This document shows, piece by piece, positions 1 to 9,588 of a stretch of 64,000 nucleotides of DNA; position 1 is the stretch's first letter, and every line of letters begins with the position of its first letter. The stretch is from assembly GCA_026225255.1 (NCBI GenBank), contig JAMFSJ010000061.1, positions 798 to 64,797 on the forward strand. Reading direction: 5' to 3'. A model generated the notes under the pieces. The model was not told where the DNA came from and did no database searches. It worked only from the letters and a program-made list of their open reading frames with translations. A program made the position numbers and the translations under genes. This DNA comes from Methylacidimicrobium fagopyrum (GTDB lineage Bacteria > Verrucomicrobiota > Verrucomicrobiia > Limisphaerales > UBA11358).

Positions 1-114
1 CGCAAGGACATCGGATCCAACCGTGAACCGCTCTCGCGAGTGAGTTCGTATGGAAGCGCGATCCACTCCCGCCTTGCCAACCTTGCGCCTTCCAAACATA
101 AAACCATGTGCTGA

Positions 115-1147
115 TTATTTTTGACATGACAGCCTTCTCATGGAAGTCGCCGGAGCCATCTGCTGTTGGCTTTTACACAGTTCTTCAGAAGAAGTTAAAC
201 CGCTGTATGTTATGTTGATTTTGCCCTGTCCGTCGCGTTCGTCGATCTCGATCTTTTCAAAGATGGCTTCAACAATCGACCGTTTCCGGTCAACGTCCAT
301 TTTCGGCCATTGCTCGTAAAGGTTGCGGGATTCGTGGATCACTTCCTCGACGGACACCTGATCAATCTTCAACCGTGCATAGTCGGCTTCCAATTTCGGC
401 AGTTCGGTTAGCAACTGGTTCAACCGCTGCTCGGCGGGGTTGTAGAGGTCGCCAAACCCTGCGGAGTGAGAACCTTGTCGAGGAACAACTGGTGCGTCTG
501 CTTCATGTCATCGCGCACCTTTTGGATTTGCCGCTGCAATGCCGTCAATGCCTGTTCGGTGTTCGTCAGGTTTTTTTGGGCGTCCCCGAGGAGGACGGCG
601 ACCTGTTCTTTCGAGCCGTAGAACTGGTGCAGTTCACGGCGCATGAGCTCGTCAAACGTTTCCACAGCGACCTTCCGGTTGCACTTGCGACAGTGGTATT
701 TGGGGGAGTCCGTGCGAGCATACATTTTGCCGCCGCACTGGCACCACAGCCGGTTGCCGAACGGATTTGTCGGCATCTTGCCCGGCTTTTTCCAATTTTT
801 GACATGCTCTTCCATGAGGCGGTTCACCTGATCCCACACTTCTTCCGAAAAGATGGCTTCGCACTCAACCTTGCCCCATTCCGCCTCCGGCTTTTCGGTT
901 CCCGCCCACGGCCCGATTTTGCGGATGCGGTTGAAGTAGTATATGCCCTTGGCACTCGGACAGACGAGCATCCGGGTCACGGTGATGTCATGGAAAAGGA
1001 AGCCTTCCTTGGTGCGATGACCGGCGGCATTCAATAGCTTGGCCACGGTGCTTTGCGCCGGTATTGCATATATAGCTCATACATTTTCCGACGGACGGGG
1101 GACTCATCGGGCTGGATGACGAGCTTGCGGTCTTTCCATTGGTAGCC
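115..1147 (-). pseudogene. Large serine recombinase, C-terminal part (recombinase, Zn-ribbon, coiled coil), frameshifted; catalytic N-terminus missing
   Basis: ORFs 1031-1369 (distal part), 420-1046 and 115-423 join after single-base shifts near 1050 and 455. Motifs GYQWKD, CQCGGKM...YHCRKC, KRSIVEAIFEKIEI. Confidence 0.8.
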
Positions 1148-1430
1148 GTGGATATTCGTTCTTGGCCTTACCGTGAACGTCTGGCCGCACTCATGAACCT
1201 CCTTTTCGGTGTGCCGCAATCCGTCATCAAATTTGCAGAAACGGCCTTTACGTCTGAACAGAAGTTGGCGTTGTTGAACCGGTTGAAGACGGAAAAGCGC
1301 GAAGGCATTGTGTTTAAGCAATTGTTCTCGGCCTACACACCCAATCGTCCTAGTTCTGGTGGCAATCAATTAAAGCACAAGTTCTGCGCTTCAGTCTCGG
1401 CAGTCGTCGCAAAGATCAATCGTCAGCGGA
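1148..1430 (+). pseudogene. Internal fragment of an ATP-dependent DNA ligase-like gene
   Basis: PYRERL...EGIVFK...YTPNRPSSGGNQLKHKF resembles ligase motifs IV/V. Truncated at both ends. Confidence 0.6.
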
Positions 1431-3897
1431 GCTGCACCGCCAAGGTTTCAGCCTCCGCCTCCGAGACGTTCTCACCCGCGCGAATTTTCTGGAGGATGGG
1501 ATTGCTGGCAGTGAGTTCGTTGACTTTGCTTTCCACCAATTTCCGATACTGCGCAATGCTCAAGGATTCATGCTCAGGGCCAAACTCCACGAATTCCTTG
1601 GATTTGAGAATATCGGCAAAGTTAAACTTCGCGGGCCCTCTACCAAGATCCCGGCCATCGCGATAATGCATGAGCGGGGCAAGACTGGCAGTCAGCAGGT
1701 CAAAGCCTTGGTCAGTGATGGTGGCCCAGTAATGATTGGTCTGGGCTTTCTGGATTAACCCGGCCTCCTGCGCCACGACGTTGACCGAGAGCGGAAGTTC
1801 GCTGATCTGCGCGACCAGATTTTCGGTGAGGGCGATATATTTGTCTTTTTCGTCCTTCAAATGAGCGAGTGAGGCTTCGAGGACATCCTTCTCAAAACGC
1901 ATGGCTTTGAAATCAGCCTGCGAAACGACGCGGAAGAGAGGCTGAATGGCGTGGCGAAGAAAGGCGATGCCCTCGGCGGCGAGTGGCGTCCAAAAAACAT
2001 CCGCCTGACAGCGGGCCAGATCGGCCGATGATTCCCGGATGGTGACGGAATTCGCAGGCAGCGCGGCAATTTGAGCGCGGAGGGTGGCAATCTCTTTGAC
2101 GGCAATGCTGGAATGTCCCAGAGCCTGAGCGGCCTCAATCTTGTCAATGCGAATGCCGACCAAACGCACCGGAAGCGGAACTTGGGACTTTGGTTCCTTA
2201 CCCTTGGGCGTGAGTTTGAAGAATTCAAAGTTGTCCCAGCAATCAATGATTTGGAAGACATCCTTTTCGGGGCACCATGGTTTGATTTTATTATCCTCCA
2301 GCAACCGTGTGCCACGCCCAATCATCTGCCAGAATTTGGTGTAAGAAAAGACGGGCTTGGCGAAAACGAGATTGACGATTTCACGGACATCAATGCCGGT
2401 GTCGAGCATGTCCACGCTGATGGCGACACGGGGCAAGTCGCTATGGGTGAACTGGTGCAGAAGCCCGCCCTTACCATAAACGCGGGGATCGTCGGAGACA
2501 ATGACCTTGGCAAGTTCGCCTTTGTATTCCGGATAAAGGGCATCAAAGAGCCGTTCGATGCGCCGGGCGTGTGCGATGGAGAGACAAAAGAAGATGGTCT
2601 TGCCGGGCAGAACCCCGTTCGGATCCTTGATGGATTCCTCCATGAACTCTTTGACGATGAGGGCATTCGTCGCGTCGTTGATAACGGTCTTCTCCAAATC
2701 AGTGCCCTCGAAATTAATTTCTTCAATCTCTTGGCCAGAAAGAATGAGCCTTTTCTGATCATCCAGACTGATGGTTCGTTTGCTGATGCCCTCGTCTTGG
2801 AACTTGGTCTTAATTTTTAGGACCTGAAAATTACAGAGGTAAGGTGGGACGTGATTGATGGCTTCATCGTAAGAGAAGGCGAAACTGGGCAGACCATCCT
2901 CACATTCAAAGAGGGCAAAGGTGTTGTGGTCAATGACGTCGCGCGGCGTGGCGGTGAGGCCAAGCTTGATAGCATTAAAATAATTTAGAACTTCGCCGTA
3001 AGTGTTGTAAATGGAACGGTGGCTTTCATCAATGACAACGAGGTCGAAGAAATGGGGTGACAGAGCATTTTCCTCGTCGCGGACGATGTTGAGCATCGTT
3101 GGGTAGGTGGCGACATAGATACGGCGATCGGTGGTGATGCTTTTTTCGCCGGGTTCCGGCCAGCGAGGTTCGTCGGGGATGAATTCTTTGAAGGCATCGA
3201 GTGCCTGGCCGCGTAGCGCGATGCGATCCACCAGAAACAGGACCCGTTGAATATGTCCGGCCCGCATGAGGGCATCCACCAAGGCGATGACGGTGCGAGT
3301 TTTGCCGGTGCCGGTGGCCATGACGAGCAAGAACAACCGGCGATTCCGCTCGATTCCCTCCATCACGGCGCGGATGGCCTGGAGCTGATAATCACGCCCG
3401 GCGATGGTCGTGTTGATCAACTCGTCCGTGAGCGCGACCTTGTGTTTCCGAATGTGGAGCAACCGTTCAAAGTCCTGCCGGGTCGGGAAGCCATGAACCT
3501 TTTGCGGCGGGGTCACGCCAAGATTCCAAAAGAAAATGTCATGGCCGTTGGTGTAGAAGCAGAACGGCAATTCGCCGCCGTATTTCTTTTGGATATTATG
3601 ACAATACTGTTTGCACTGTTCGCGCCCCAGTTCGGCATCTTTGGATGATTTCTTGGCCTCGACAACAGCGATAGGCTTGCCGTTTTTGCCGAGTAAAACA
3701 TAGTCGCTAAACTCGCGGGAATTCTCAGTAGGCGGCTCATCGCGAAGGATCAAGCCAACCAAATTTCCTGCAGCAGGCGTCGAGACAAAAAACTCATCCA
3801 GGACTTGTGTCTGATCGGAGACGTCCCATCCGGCCTCCTTAAGTCGGAGATCGATAATTTTTTTTCTTGTTTCTGACTCGGAGTGCATTTCCGTCAT
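1423..3897 (-). CDS. hsdR: Type I restriction enzyme R subunit (EcoEI/EcoAI-like), probably truncated at the C-terminus
   Basis: SESETRKKIID, DYVL..EAK nuclease motif, MATGTGKT, DESHRS, LTATP, QMIGRGTR. Ends abruptly at the ligase fragment. Confidence 0.88.
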   Translation of the reverse strand: MTEMHSESETRKKIIDLRLKEAGWDVSDQTQVLDEFFVSTPAAGNLVGLILRDEPPTENSREFSDYVLLGKNGKPIAVVEAKKSSKDAELGREQCKQYCHNIQKKYGGELPFCFYTNGHDIFFWNLGVTPPQKVHGFPTRQDFERLLHIRKHKVALTDELINTTIAGRDYQLQAIRAVMEGIERNRRLFLLVMATGTGKTRTVIALVDALMRAGHIQRVLFLVDRIALRGQALDAFKEFIPDEPRWPEPGEKSITTDRRIYVATYPTMLNIVRDEENALSPHFFDLVVIDESHRSIYNTYGEVLNYFNAIKLGLTATPRDVIDHNTFALFECEDGLPSFAFSYDEAINHVPPYLCNFQVLKIKTKFQDEGISKRTISLDDQKRLILSGQEIEEINFEGTDLEKTVINDATNALIVKEFMEESIKDPNGVLPGKTIFFCLSIAHARRIERLFDALYPEYKGELAKVIVSDDPRVYGKGGLLHQFTHSDLPRVAISVDMLDTGIDVREIVNLVFAKPVFSYTKFWQMIGRGTRLLEDNKIKPWCPEKDVFQIIDCWDNFEFFKLTPKGKEPKSQVPLPVRLVGIRIDKIEAAQALGHSSIAVKEIATLRAQIAALPANSVTIRESSADLARCQADVFWTPLAAEGIAFLRHAIQPLFRVVSQADFKAMRFEKDVLEASLAHLKDEKDKYIALTENLVAQISELPLSVNVVAQEAGLIQKAQTNHYWATITDQGFDLLTASLAPLMHYRDGRDLGRGPAKFNFADILKSKEFVEFGPEHESLSIAQYRKLVESKVNELTASNPILQKIRAGENVSEAEAETLAVQLR

Positions 3898-3989
3898 TTC
3901 AAACAGTCGAACAAAGAGAACTTTTTCCCCCTGACAATGTCACGATGTTAGTCAAGGTTTTATGTTTGATTAAAACATAAATAAGTAAA

Positions 3990-4073
3990 CCTCGGGCTGA
4001 CGCCGCCCAGAGCTGGGATTCAAAGTTGAGATTGAAACCATTACTCTGTTTCTGACTGTTTCCCTTCGCCATG
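3990..4073 (-). pseudogene. N-terminal remnant of a type I methyltransferase
   Basis: MAKGNSQKQSNGFNLNFESQLWAAS resembles HsdM N-termini (NLGFExxLWAAAD), then breaks off. Confidence 0.5.
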
Positions 4074-4614
4074 ATTAACGGCAAATCGTAACGCAAAGGC
4101 AGAAGCAGGCAATTAAAATATCATATTTGCGACAGACGGTTCCCGTATTTCCAAATTGTCATAATTGAGAGTAATCAAAATATTTTTAGCGGTAATTTAA
4201 CTTCAGTAATTAAAATAATTGTGGAATTGTTTACGACGGAAATTGATGATTATCCATTTTCGACAAATTGCCTAAAGGGGAATATTCGCCATCAGAAAAT
4301 TCGTTTGGCCAATTTTCTGTGTAAAAATATTTCCGACAAATGCCCGAAAACTGTCAAAAATCTATTTTCATAATTTCCGCAGCTCAAAATGTCGGAAATA
4401 ACTCCAAAAGTTTCAAAAAACTAGCTGTCTCTAGTTGATTTGAGTGGTCTCACGTTATCTCGAATTATCTCTCATCGGCCTCAATATTTTTCATGTCATC
4501 CCAATTCGCCCCATTTAACATTTTCGCTATTTTCCGTTTCGGAAAACTGAGAATTTAATCCCGGTCGGAAATACAGTTTTCGACAAATTAATAAAAACCG
4601 GTGAAAATGCGGCC

Positions 4615-5358
4615 ATGAAAACTAAACCGCTCACCCTCCAACAACTGGAAGCCACTTGGTGGTGGCGTCAGCCTGAATATGAGAAAGAATTGGAGCGGAT
4701 CGAAATGATGGGTTACTTGCTGGCCGCCCGGAATTATGAATTGATGCGTTTTGCGCCGGAAGCCAAAAACTATCAAACAAATTTTTTGAGATTGGATCGG
4801 GAAAGCCGAACCATTGCAGCTATGGCATGGGGCAAGATTGTTGAAACACCCTATAAGCATAATTATGACCCATGGAAAATTGAAGCTGGCTGGACGAATC
4901 CGCAGCCGCCACTGCAATGGAATCTACGCCTGAGCAAGCGCCAGTTGAAAAAGGCATTTTTAAATTACATCGATCAGGAACTTAAACTGCAAAACCTGTC
5001 TGCCGTCACAAAACTGACTGGTAAAAAGAACCGTCCGGCAACATGGGGTTATGTGGAGTTTTTAGGCCGGAGACGCAACCGGATCGGAAACATGGAAGTC
5101 CATGTGCGTAGAATTTACGATGCCGATGCTCGCGTAGTTTACGGGCAGTCAAAACCAGAGCAAACAGTCCATGAATTCGACATTTTGCAAACTGAGCAAC
5201 TTGAATATTATTTTGTTCTGGCCTTGTTTGGGGTCGAGATTGCGATCAACGTGGGTGGGCCAGTTATCGACGGCTATCTTAAATGGCTTCAAGAGCATGA
5301 CGGCGTCAGCCCACTCTACTACGGCAAAAATGATCCAAGCAAAACGATAGCCCCTTAA
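4615..5358 (+). CDS. Hypothetical protein, possibly chimeric
   Basis: 247-aa ORF. The C-terminal third (HVRRIY...HEFDIL...INVGGP..GY..WL...SPLY) resembles tails of HNH-endonuclease-family proteins. Confidence 0.5.
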   Translation: MKTKPLTLQQLEATWWWRQPEYEKELERIEMMGYLLAARNYELMRFAPEAKNYQTNFLRLDRESRTIAAMAWGKIVETPYKHNYDPWKIEAGWTNPQPPLQWNLRLSKRQLKKAFLNYIDQELKLQNLSAVTKLTGKKNRPATWGYVEFLGRRRNRIGNMEVHVRRIYDADARVVYGQSKPEQTVHEFDILQTEQLEYYFVLALFGVEIAINVGGPVIDGYLKWLQEHDGVSPLYYGKNDPSKTIAP

Positions 5359-5798
5359 TTGCCTTGAGAAGCGGACAGCGAGATCAGCAGCGATGAATCG
5401 TTTCTGTTGAGGTAATGAAAGTTTTGTGGAGGTCGGAATCCTCCGTTGCTACGGCGCAAGGCTTTTAGACCAACGGGTGCAGGCAGCGGCCAGGCACGTT
5501 TAATGACCAACGCGTGCGCTTTTTTCTTACCTTTGAAGTAAGCAAAGAATTCTGTTCGCGTAATGCCCGATTTCTCACCTGCTTTCTTCCAGATTGCTGT
5601 GGGTGATCCGGTGAGGATTTTCCCAACCTCAAAACTTCCACGCAATTCCATTGCCGGAGAGGAGACATAAACCAAAGCCAAATCACCAACAGAAACCTTC
5701 GGACAGACCCGGCGCAATTCTACCGTCTTACTGCCAGCAAATATCATTTCGGCAAAGCGAGGGCGAATTGAAATTAAAAAGGCGTGATTAGTTTTCAT
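5355..5798 (-). CDS. ASCH domain protein
   Basis: LISIRPRFAEMIFAGSKTVELRR, VYVSSP, PPQNFHY. ATG at 5798 directly follows the upstream gene's stop. Confidence 0.88.
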   Translation of the reverse strand: MKTNHAFLISIRPRFAEMIFAGSKTVELRRVCPKVSVGDLALVYVSSPAMELRGSFEVGKILTGSPTAIWKKAGEKSGITRTEFFAYFKGKKKAHALVIKRAWPLPAPVGLKALRRSNGGFRPPQNFHYLNRNDSSLLISLSASQGN

Positions 5799-5799
5799 G

Positions 5800-7908
5800 T
5801 CAAGTGAGAGCGTAACCCTTTTTGTAGATGGATGCGAATTGTGAATCGGAAATCTTGCGCGGCGACATGAATGGTCCACGGATGCCCAACGATTCAAGGA
5901 TGTCCATGCTGATAGGTTTCTGAAATCGCTCCGTCATCCGAAAGCGAAATGCCACAATGTCGCTGAAAATGTTTTCGCCAGCAGCAGCATAAACGTCCCG
6001 CCATTCATAAACACCTAGCCGCTGGAATCGGCGGAATAGTTCCTTTGGTTTTCCGACTACAACTTCTTCCAACTGAGAACACGCCTTGATGGTCATTGAG
6101 CCATCACCATCACCTTGATTCACATACCAGAGAACTCGCCCAGGGGCAGCCAAGTTGTTATTCTTTTTCTTGCGATAGTAAGCACCCTCGACACCTAAAT
6201 GGAGATCTTCGCGCAAACCAAAAAGCATTTGTGAACCCAGTTCGGCATCGAAAAAGTGCTGCGCCCACTTTGGATTAATCGAAACAATGAACGTGGGAAT
6301 ATCCGATTCGATTACCTTCGCCGGCCAGAGTTGGCGTTCAATTACAGCGCAGGTCGCTGAATCACGCAACCCCGCAGCAGTGTTTATCGCATTCAATGCC
6401 GCGCGCTTGGCAAGTTCCAAGTTGGAATCGAGTCTCAAATCCGTCACGGCCTTGCGAATCGAATCCAAACTGCCCACAGACCGTAAGGCGATTTTAACCC
6501 AAACATTTCCAGACAATGCAAAGCCAAACTCGTTTAAGATGTTTTTGTCTGTATCTGTGAGTCTCGTTTCGGTCACAGTAACAATGCTCCGATGCTCCTC
6601 AGCCGCCGCCGCTAGACTCGCGCGTAGAAAATTGCGAAGCATCGTTGTCGCCATCGGATGCCTGCTATGCCGTAATACCGGCACGGTCAAAATTTCCGGC
6701 CGTTGTCGATCCATCACACCAAGAACAACGTGGACGTTTGCGTTGTCGGTTATCACCTGCACATCCATGACTTTCGGTTGGGTGAGGCAATGAAGCACCA
6801 CTTTCTTGAAATCCCCCTCACGTTCTTCCGCCGCCTTGAAATCTGCGACCGCAGCATCAAGTGTTTCGGCTTTGAGCAACGCGCTCTTCAGTCGTGAGCC
6901 TTCAATCCTTGCCGGTCGATAATCACCTTCACGCTCTACTGAATCGAGGTGATTGATGAGTTCAGCTGGATGTAAAACCATCAACCCGTGACTTCGATAT
7001 AAAGGTTCGCATCGCTCGACCAAAACTTCATCGCGTGTGACTAAAAATGGCGCACCGCCAGCGATGGCGTAAGCAACTTGCCGGAGATCTGCTTCGTCGC
7101 GCAATGTGATGGATTCAGGAAATCTCGGACGTAACTCGGTGCAAAGATTTTGGAATATGGTGTCATCCGCAGATAACTTCGTGTAGCCGGTCGCTGCCGC
7201 ACGATTCTGTCGCCGTCGTTCTTCGTCTGTGTCTTTGACGATTTCATTTAGGAGTTCCTTCGTGACAACCAACTCGATGCTTGCCTGCACCCAGTCAGCA
7301 AGCAGCGCCTTAGAGTCCTCGCTTTCTGGGGTTTCGCGCGTGTGCAGATCGTAAAATACATTCGCATCACTCACGACTCGCTGTCGCACAGGGTCAAGTT
7401 CAGCTGCTCGCGAAAACAAATCTTCATGTCCGTGGCCGAACCACCAGAAGGTTAGCTCCGCACCGTCTTTTCCACGTCCGGTCTTGGCAGAAGCAGCTTC
7501 AAATCCCAATTTTGACCAAAGATGAGTCGCCTCGTAATCACGCCGACAATACAAACCAATTCCTTCGAGCGATTTTGTTTCTTGCTTGAGCTGACCTACC
7601 AACAGTCTTGCCACACCCTTTCCACGCGCTGCATCGACAACGCAAAGATGCACGATACTCGCTCGTCCACGCCCAATTCGGAAGAGAAGATAGCCAAGGC
7701 AACTGCCGTCAGATTCCAAAGCAACAATTATCCGGCGAAGTTTTGCATGTTCCTCAAATGCACCCTTGGGAAAAAAGCCCAACGTCTTTGCATTGAGCCG
7801 ATGCAACGCTATGACGCGCTCAAGATGAGGCGTCGGAAAACCTAGGCGTTCAAGTGTGATTGGGTTGCTCACTGCTGACGCGAACATTGTAAGCCACCTG
7901 TTGTCCAC
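5800..7908 (-). CDS. GNAT acetyltransferase - PIN nuclease - C-terminal EVE/PUA-like fusion
   Basis: HLCVVDAARGKGVARLLV (GNAT motif A); VVSDANVFYD...D..QVAYAIA...FLVTRD (PIN); YYR...APGRVLWYV...LFRRFQRLGVY C-terminal domain. Confidence 0.8.
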   Translation of the reverse strand: MDNRWLTMFASAVSNPITLERLGFPTPHLERVIALHRLNAKTLGFFPKGAFEEHAKLRRIIVALESDGSCLGYLLFRIGRGRASIVHLCVVDAARGKGVARLLVGQLKQETKSLEGIGLYCRRDYEATHLWSKLGFEAASAKTGRGKDGAELTFWWFGHGHEDLFSRAAELDPVRQRVVSDANVFYDLHTRETPESEDSKALLADWVQASIELVVTKELLNEIVKDTDEERRRQNRAAATGYTKLSADDTIFQNLCTELRPRFPESITLRDEADLRQVAYAIAGGAPFLVTRDEVLVERCEPLYRSHGLMVLHPAELINHLDSVEREGDYRPARIEGSRLKSALLKAETLDAAVADFKAAEEREGDFKKVVLHCLTQPKVMDVQVITDNANVHVVLGVMDRQRPEILTVPVLRHSRHPMATTMLRNFLRASLAAAAEEHRSIVTVTETRLTDTDKNILNEFGFALSGNVWVKIALRSVGSLDSIRKAVTDLRLDSNLELAKRAALNAINTAAGLRDSATCAVIERQLWPAKVIESDIPTFIVSINPKWAQHFFDAELGSQMLFGLREDLHLGVEGAYYRKKKNNNLAAPGRVLWYVNQGDGDGSMTIKACSQLEEVVVGKPKELFRRFQRLGVYEWRDVYAAAGENIFSDIVAFRFRMTERFQKPISMDILESLGIRGPFMSPRKISDSQFASIYKKGYALT

Positions 7909-7977
7909 TGTGCCAGCTTGTAATAGCCGGCAGGATCAGCGGGTCTAAAGCTTATGTGGTTCAAATTATTCTGACTC

Positions 7978-8016
7978 CCCACCTCGGCCCTCTCCTCGTT
8001 TGGCGAGGAGAGGGAG
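7978..8016. repeat. REP-like hairpin
   Basis: CCCTCTCCTCG-tttgg-CGAGGAGAGGG perfect 11-bp stem. Confidence 0.6.
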
Positions 8017-8187
8017 ATTATTTTGTGGATCTGGAGTCGTTACGGCAGCACGCAATTTATAGTTGAATGGCCGGAAAAGTGGCGGGAATGCTTTGAATAT
8101 AAATGACAGACCATTTTTAGCCATCAACCACCATTGACTTTCCGATCCTGCTACATTCAACATCAACGACAAAACTGCGAGGACGAT

Positions 8188-8577
8188 ATGAATGCCAACC
8201 CTGAAAAATTACCCAGCCAATTCGCCAAAATCATGACCGCTGCTTGTGTTCGTCGTGGTTTCTTAGAACAACTTCACACCGGCATTACTCCTATTACGCA
8301 CACAGGAGATTATTCCGATGTTAAGGTGATTGATGCGACTGGTCGGGAAATTCCATGGGCTCAGGTATCGCGAATTGATCAGGCCGAGATGAAAACGCTG
8401 ATCACTGGAATTGTGAATCGCGTCCACACATTCTTGGCTAGGACATTATTTTCAAAAACGGAAGACACGGAGTTTGCGGAAGCTTTGGATCGAACGGTTG
8501 TGCCTTGGACGAGGAATTGGGATGAACCAAAATACCTGCCCGACTTTTTAATGCCGCCGAAAAAGGATCAGGAATGA
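8188..8577 (+). CDS. Hypothetical protein
   Basis: ORF with a GAGGA RBS before the ATG at 8188. Confidence 0.65.
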   Translation: MNANPEKLPSQFAKIMTAACVRRGFLEQLHTGITPITHTGDYSDVKVIDATGREIPWAQVSRIDQAEMKTLITGIVNRVHTFLARTLFSKTEDTEFAEALDRTVVPWTRNWDEPKYLPDFLMPPKKDQE

Positions 8578-8824
8578 AACCTGATTGATGGTTGGTTTTG
8601 AGAGGAAAATTTTCTTTCGCGTCATAAAAAACAATGTCCGCTTAGGTTGGGCAAGGCGGAAAATGGTGTTGAATGTGAGGGCGATAGATGCTTGCAGCGC
8701 CTCCAGAAAATTATTTGCATCAGACGTGAACAGCTTTATCACGAATTGGATTTATTTGAATCCGTTGTTAGTTTTGTTGTTAGTTTAAGGTGTTGAAAGT
8801 GTTGAAACCATTGAAAACAAAGGA

Positions 8825-8899
8825 TGGTGCGCGCTGCAGGTTTCGAACCTGCGACCCCTACCGTGTGAAGGTAATGCTCTACCACTGAGCTAAGCACGC
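8825..8899 (-). tRNA. tRNA-Val(CAC)
   Basis: Reverse complement GCGTGCTTAGCTCAGTGGTAGAGC...TTCACAC...GGTTCGAAACC...GCGCGCACCA. Confidence 0.95.
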
Positions 8900-9040
8900 A
8901 AACAACCACCGACTTGAAAAGTCAGGTCAGACAGTATGCCTTTCGTAAAAAGGGCGGCAAGCAATTTTCTTGGCCCACTTTCATTTGACCGCACCTGCCT
9001 TCGCTACGCTCCGGCGCAACATTTCTGCCCGACCACAAAA

Positions 9041-9393
9041 TGGTGGAGGCGGCGGGAATTGAACCCGCGTCCCAAGCAAGCCTACCAGCCGCGACTACAT
9101 GCTTATTCCGGATAAAATTTTCTGCTATGCGAGGCTGTCCGGACTCAAATCGCACTGCCTAGTCCGCATGATAAGATCTCGACTGACAACGCGCGGTCTC
9201 CGCTGTCGATCATACCTGCTGTTTCGTTCGTTCACCGTAGCAGGTGTCCAGTGACAAACGTCGAGGCCTTAGGCCGCGAGTGCTAGTTCTTCGTTAGCTT
9301 TTTGGTTTTGATGCGAATGATTAACGAGGCCAACGCATCTTCCTCGGCATGCCGCCTCTGGCGTGATCACATGGTCGAAACCAGTGCGCCCCC
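9041..9393 (-). ncRNA. ssrA: tmRNA, tag peptide ANEELALAA*
   Basis: 5' GGGGGCGCACTGGTTTCGAC; 3' GGTTCAATTCCCGCCGCCTCCACCA; internal gct aac gaa gaa cta gca ctc gcg gcc taa. Confidence 0.95.
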
Positions 9394-9463
9394 ATCAAAA
9401 CGGTCAGCCCACACTATCCGCTAACATGTCCGTAACGTCAAACCTTTATCGGGGACAGCCCGA

Positions 9464-9551
9464 TCGTCCTCCTCGTCCTCCTCATCCTCATCCTCAATTT
9501 TTGAAAAACGGGTTAAGGATGAGGATGAGGATGAGGAGGATGAGGAGGAAG
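9464..9551. repeat. Fold-back repeat of (TCCTCR)n / (YGAGGA)n arms
   Basis: Left arm 9464-9495 is complementary to right arm 9516-9551. Confidence 0.75.
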
Positions 9552-9588
9552 AAGTGATAATAGGGTTGCAGGGACGCTCGCCCAACCG

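Noticed and set aside
375-1037. 220-aa plus-strand ORF and similar long antisense ORFs elsewhere
   Set aside because: Shadow frames of real genes with no motifs and no coupling to neighbouring genes.
9363-9557. 64-aa ORF with PHPHP/MRMRMR
   Set aside because: Translation artefact of the fold-back repeat upstream of ssrA.
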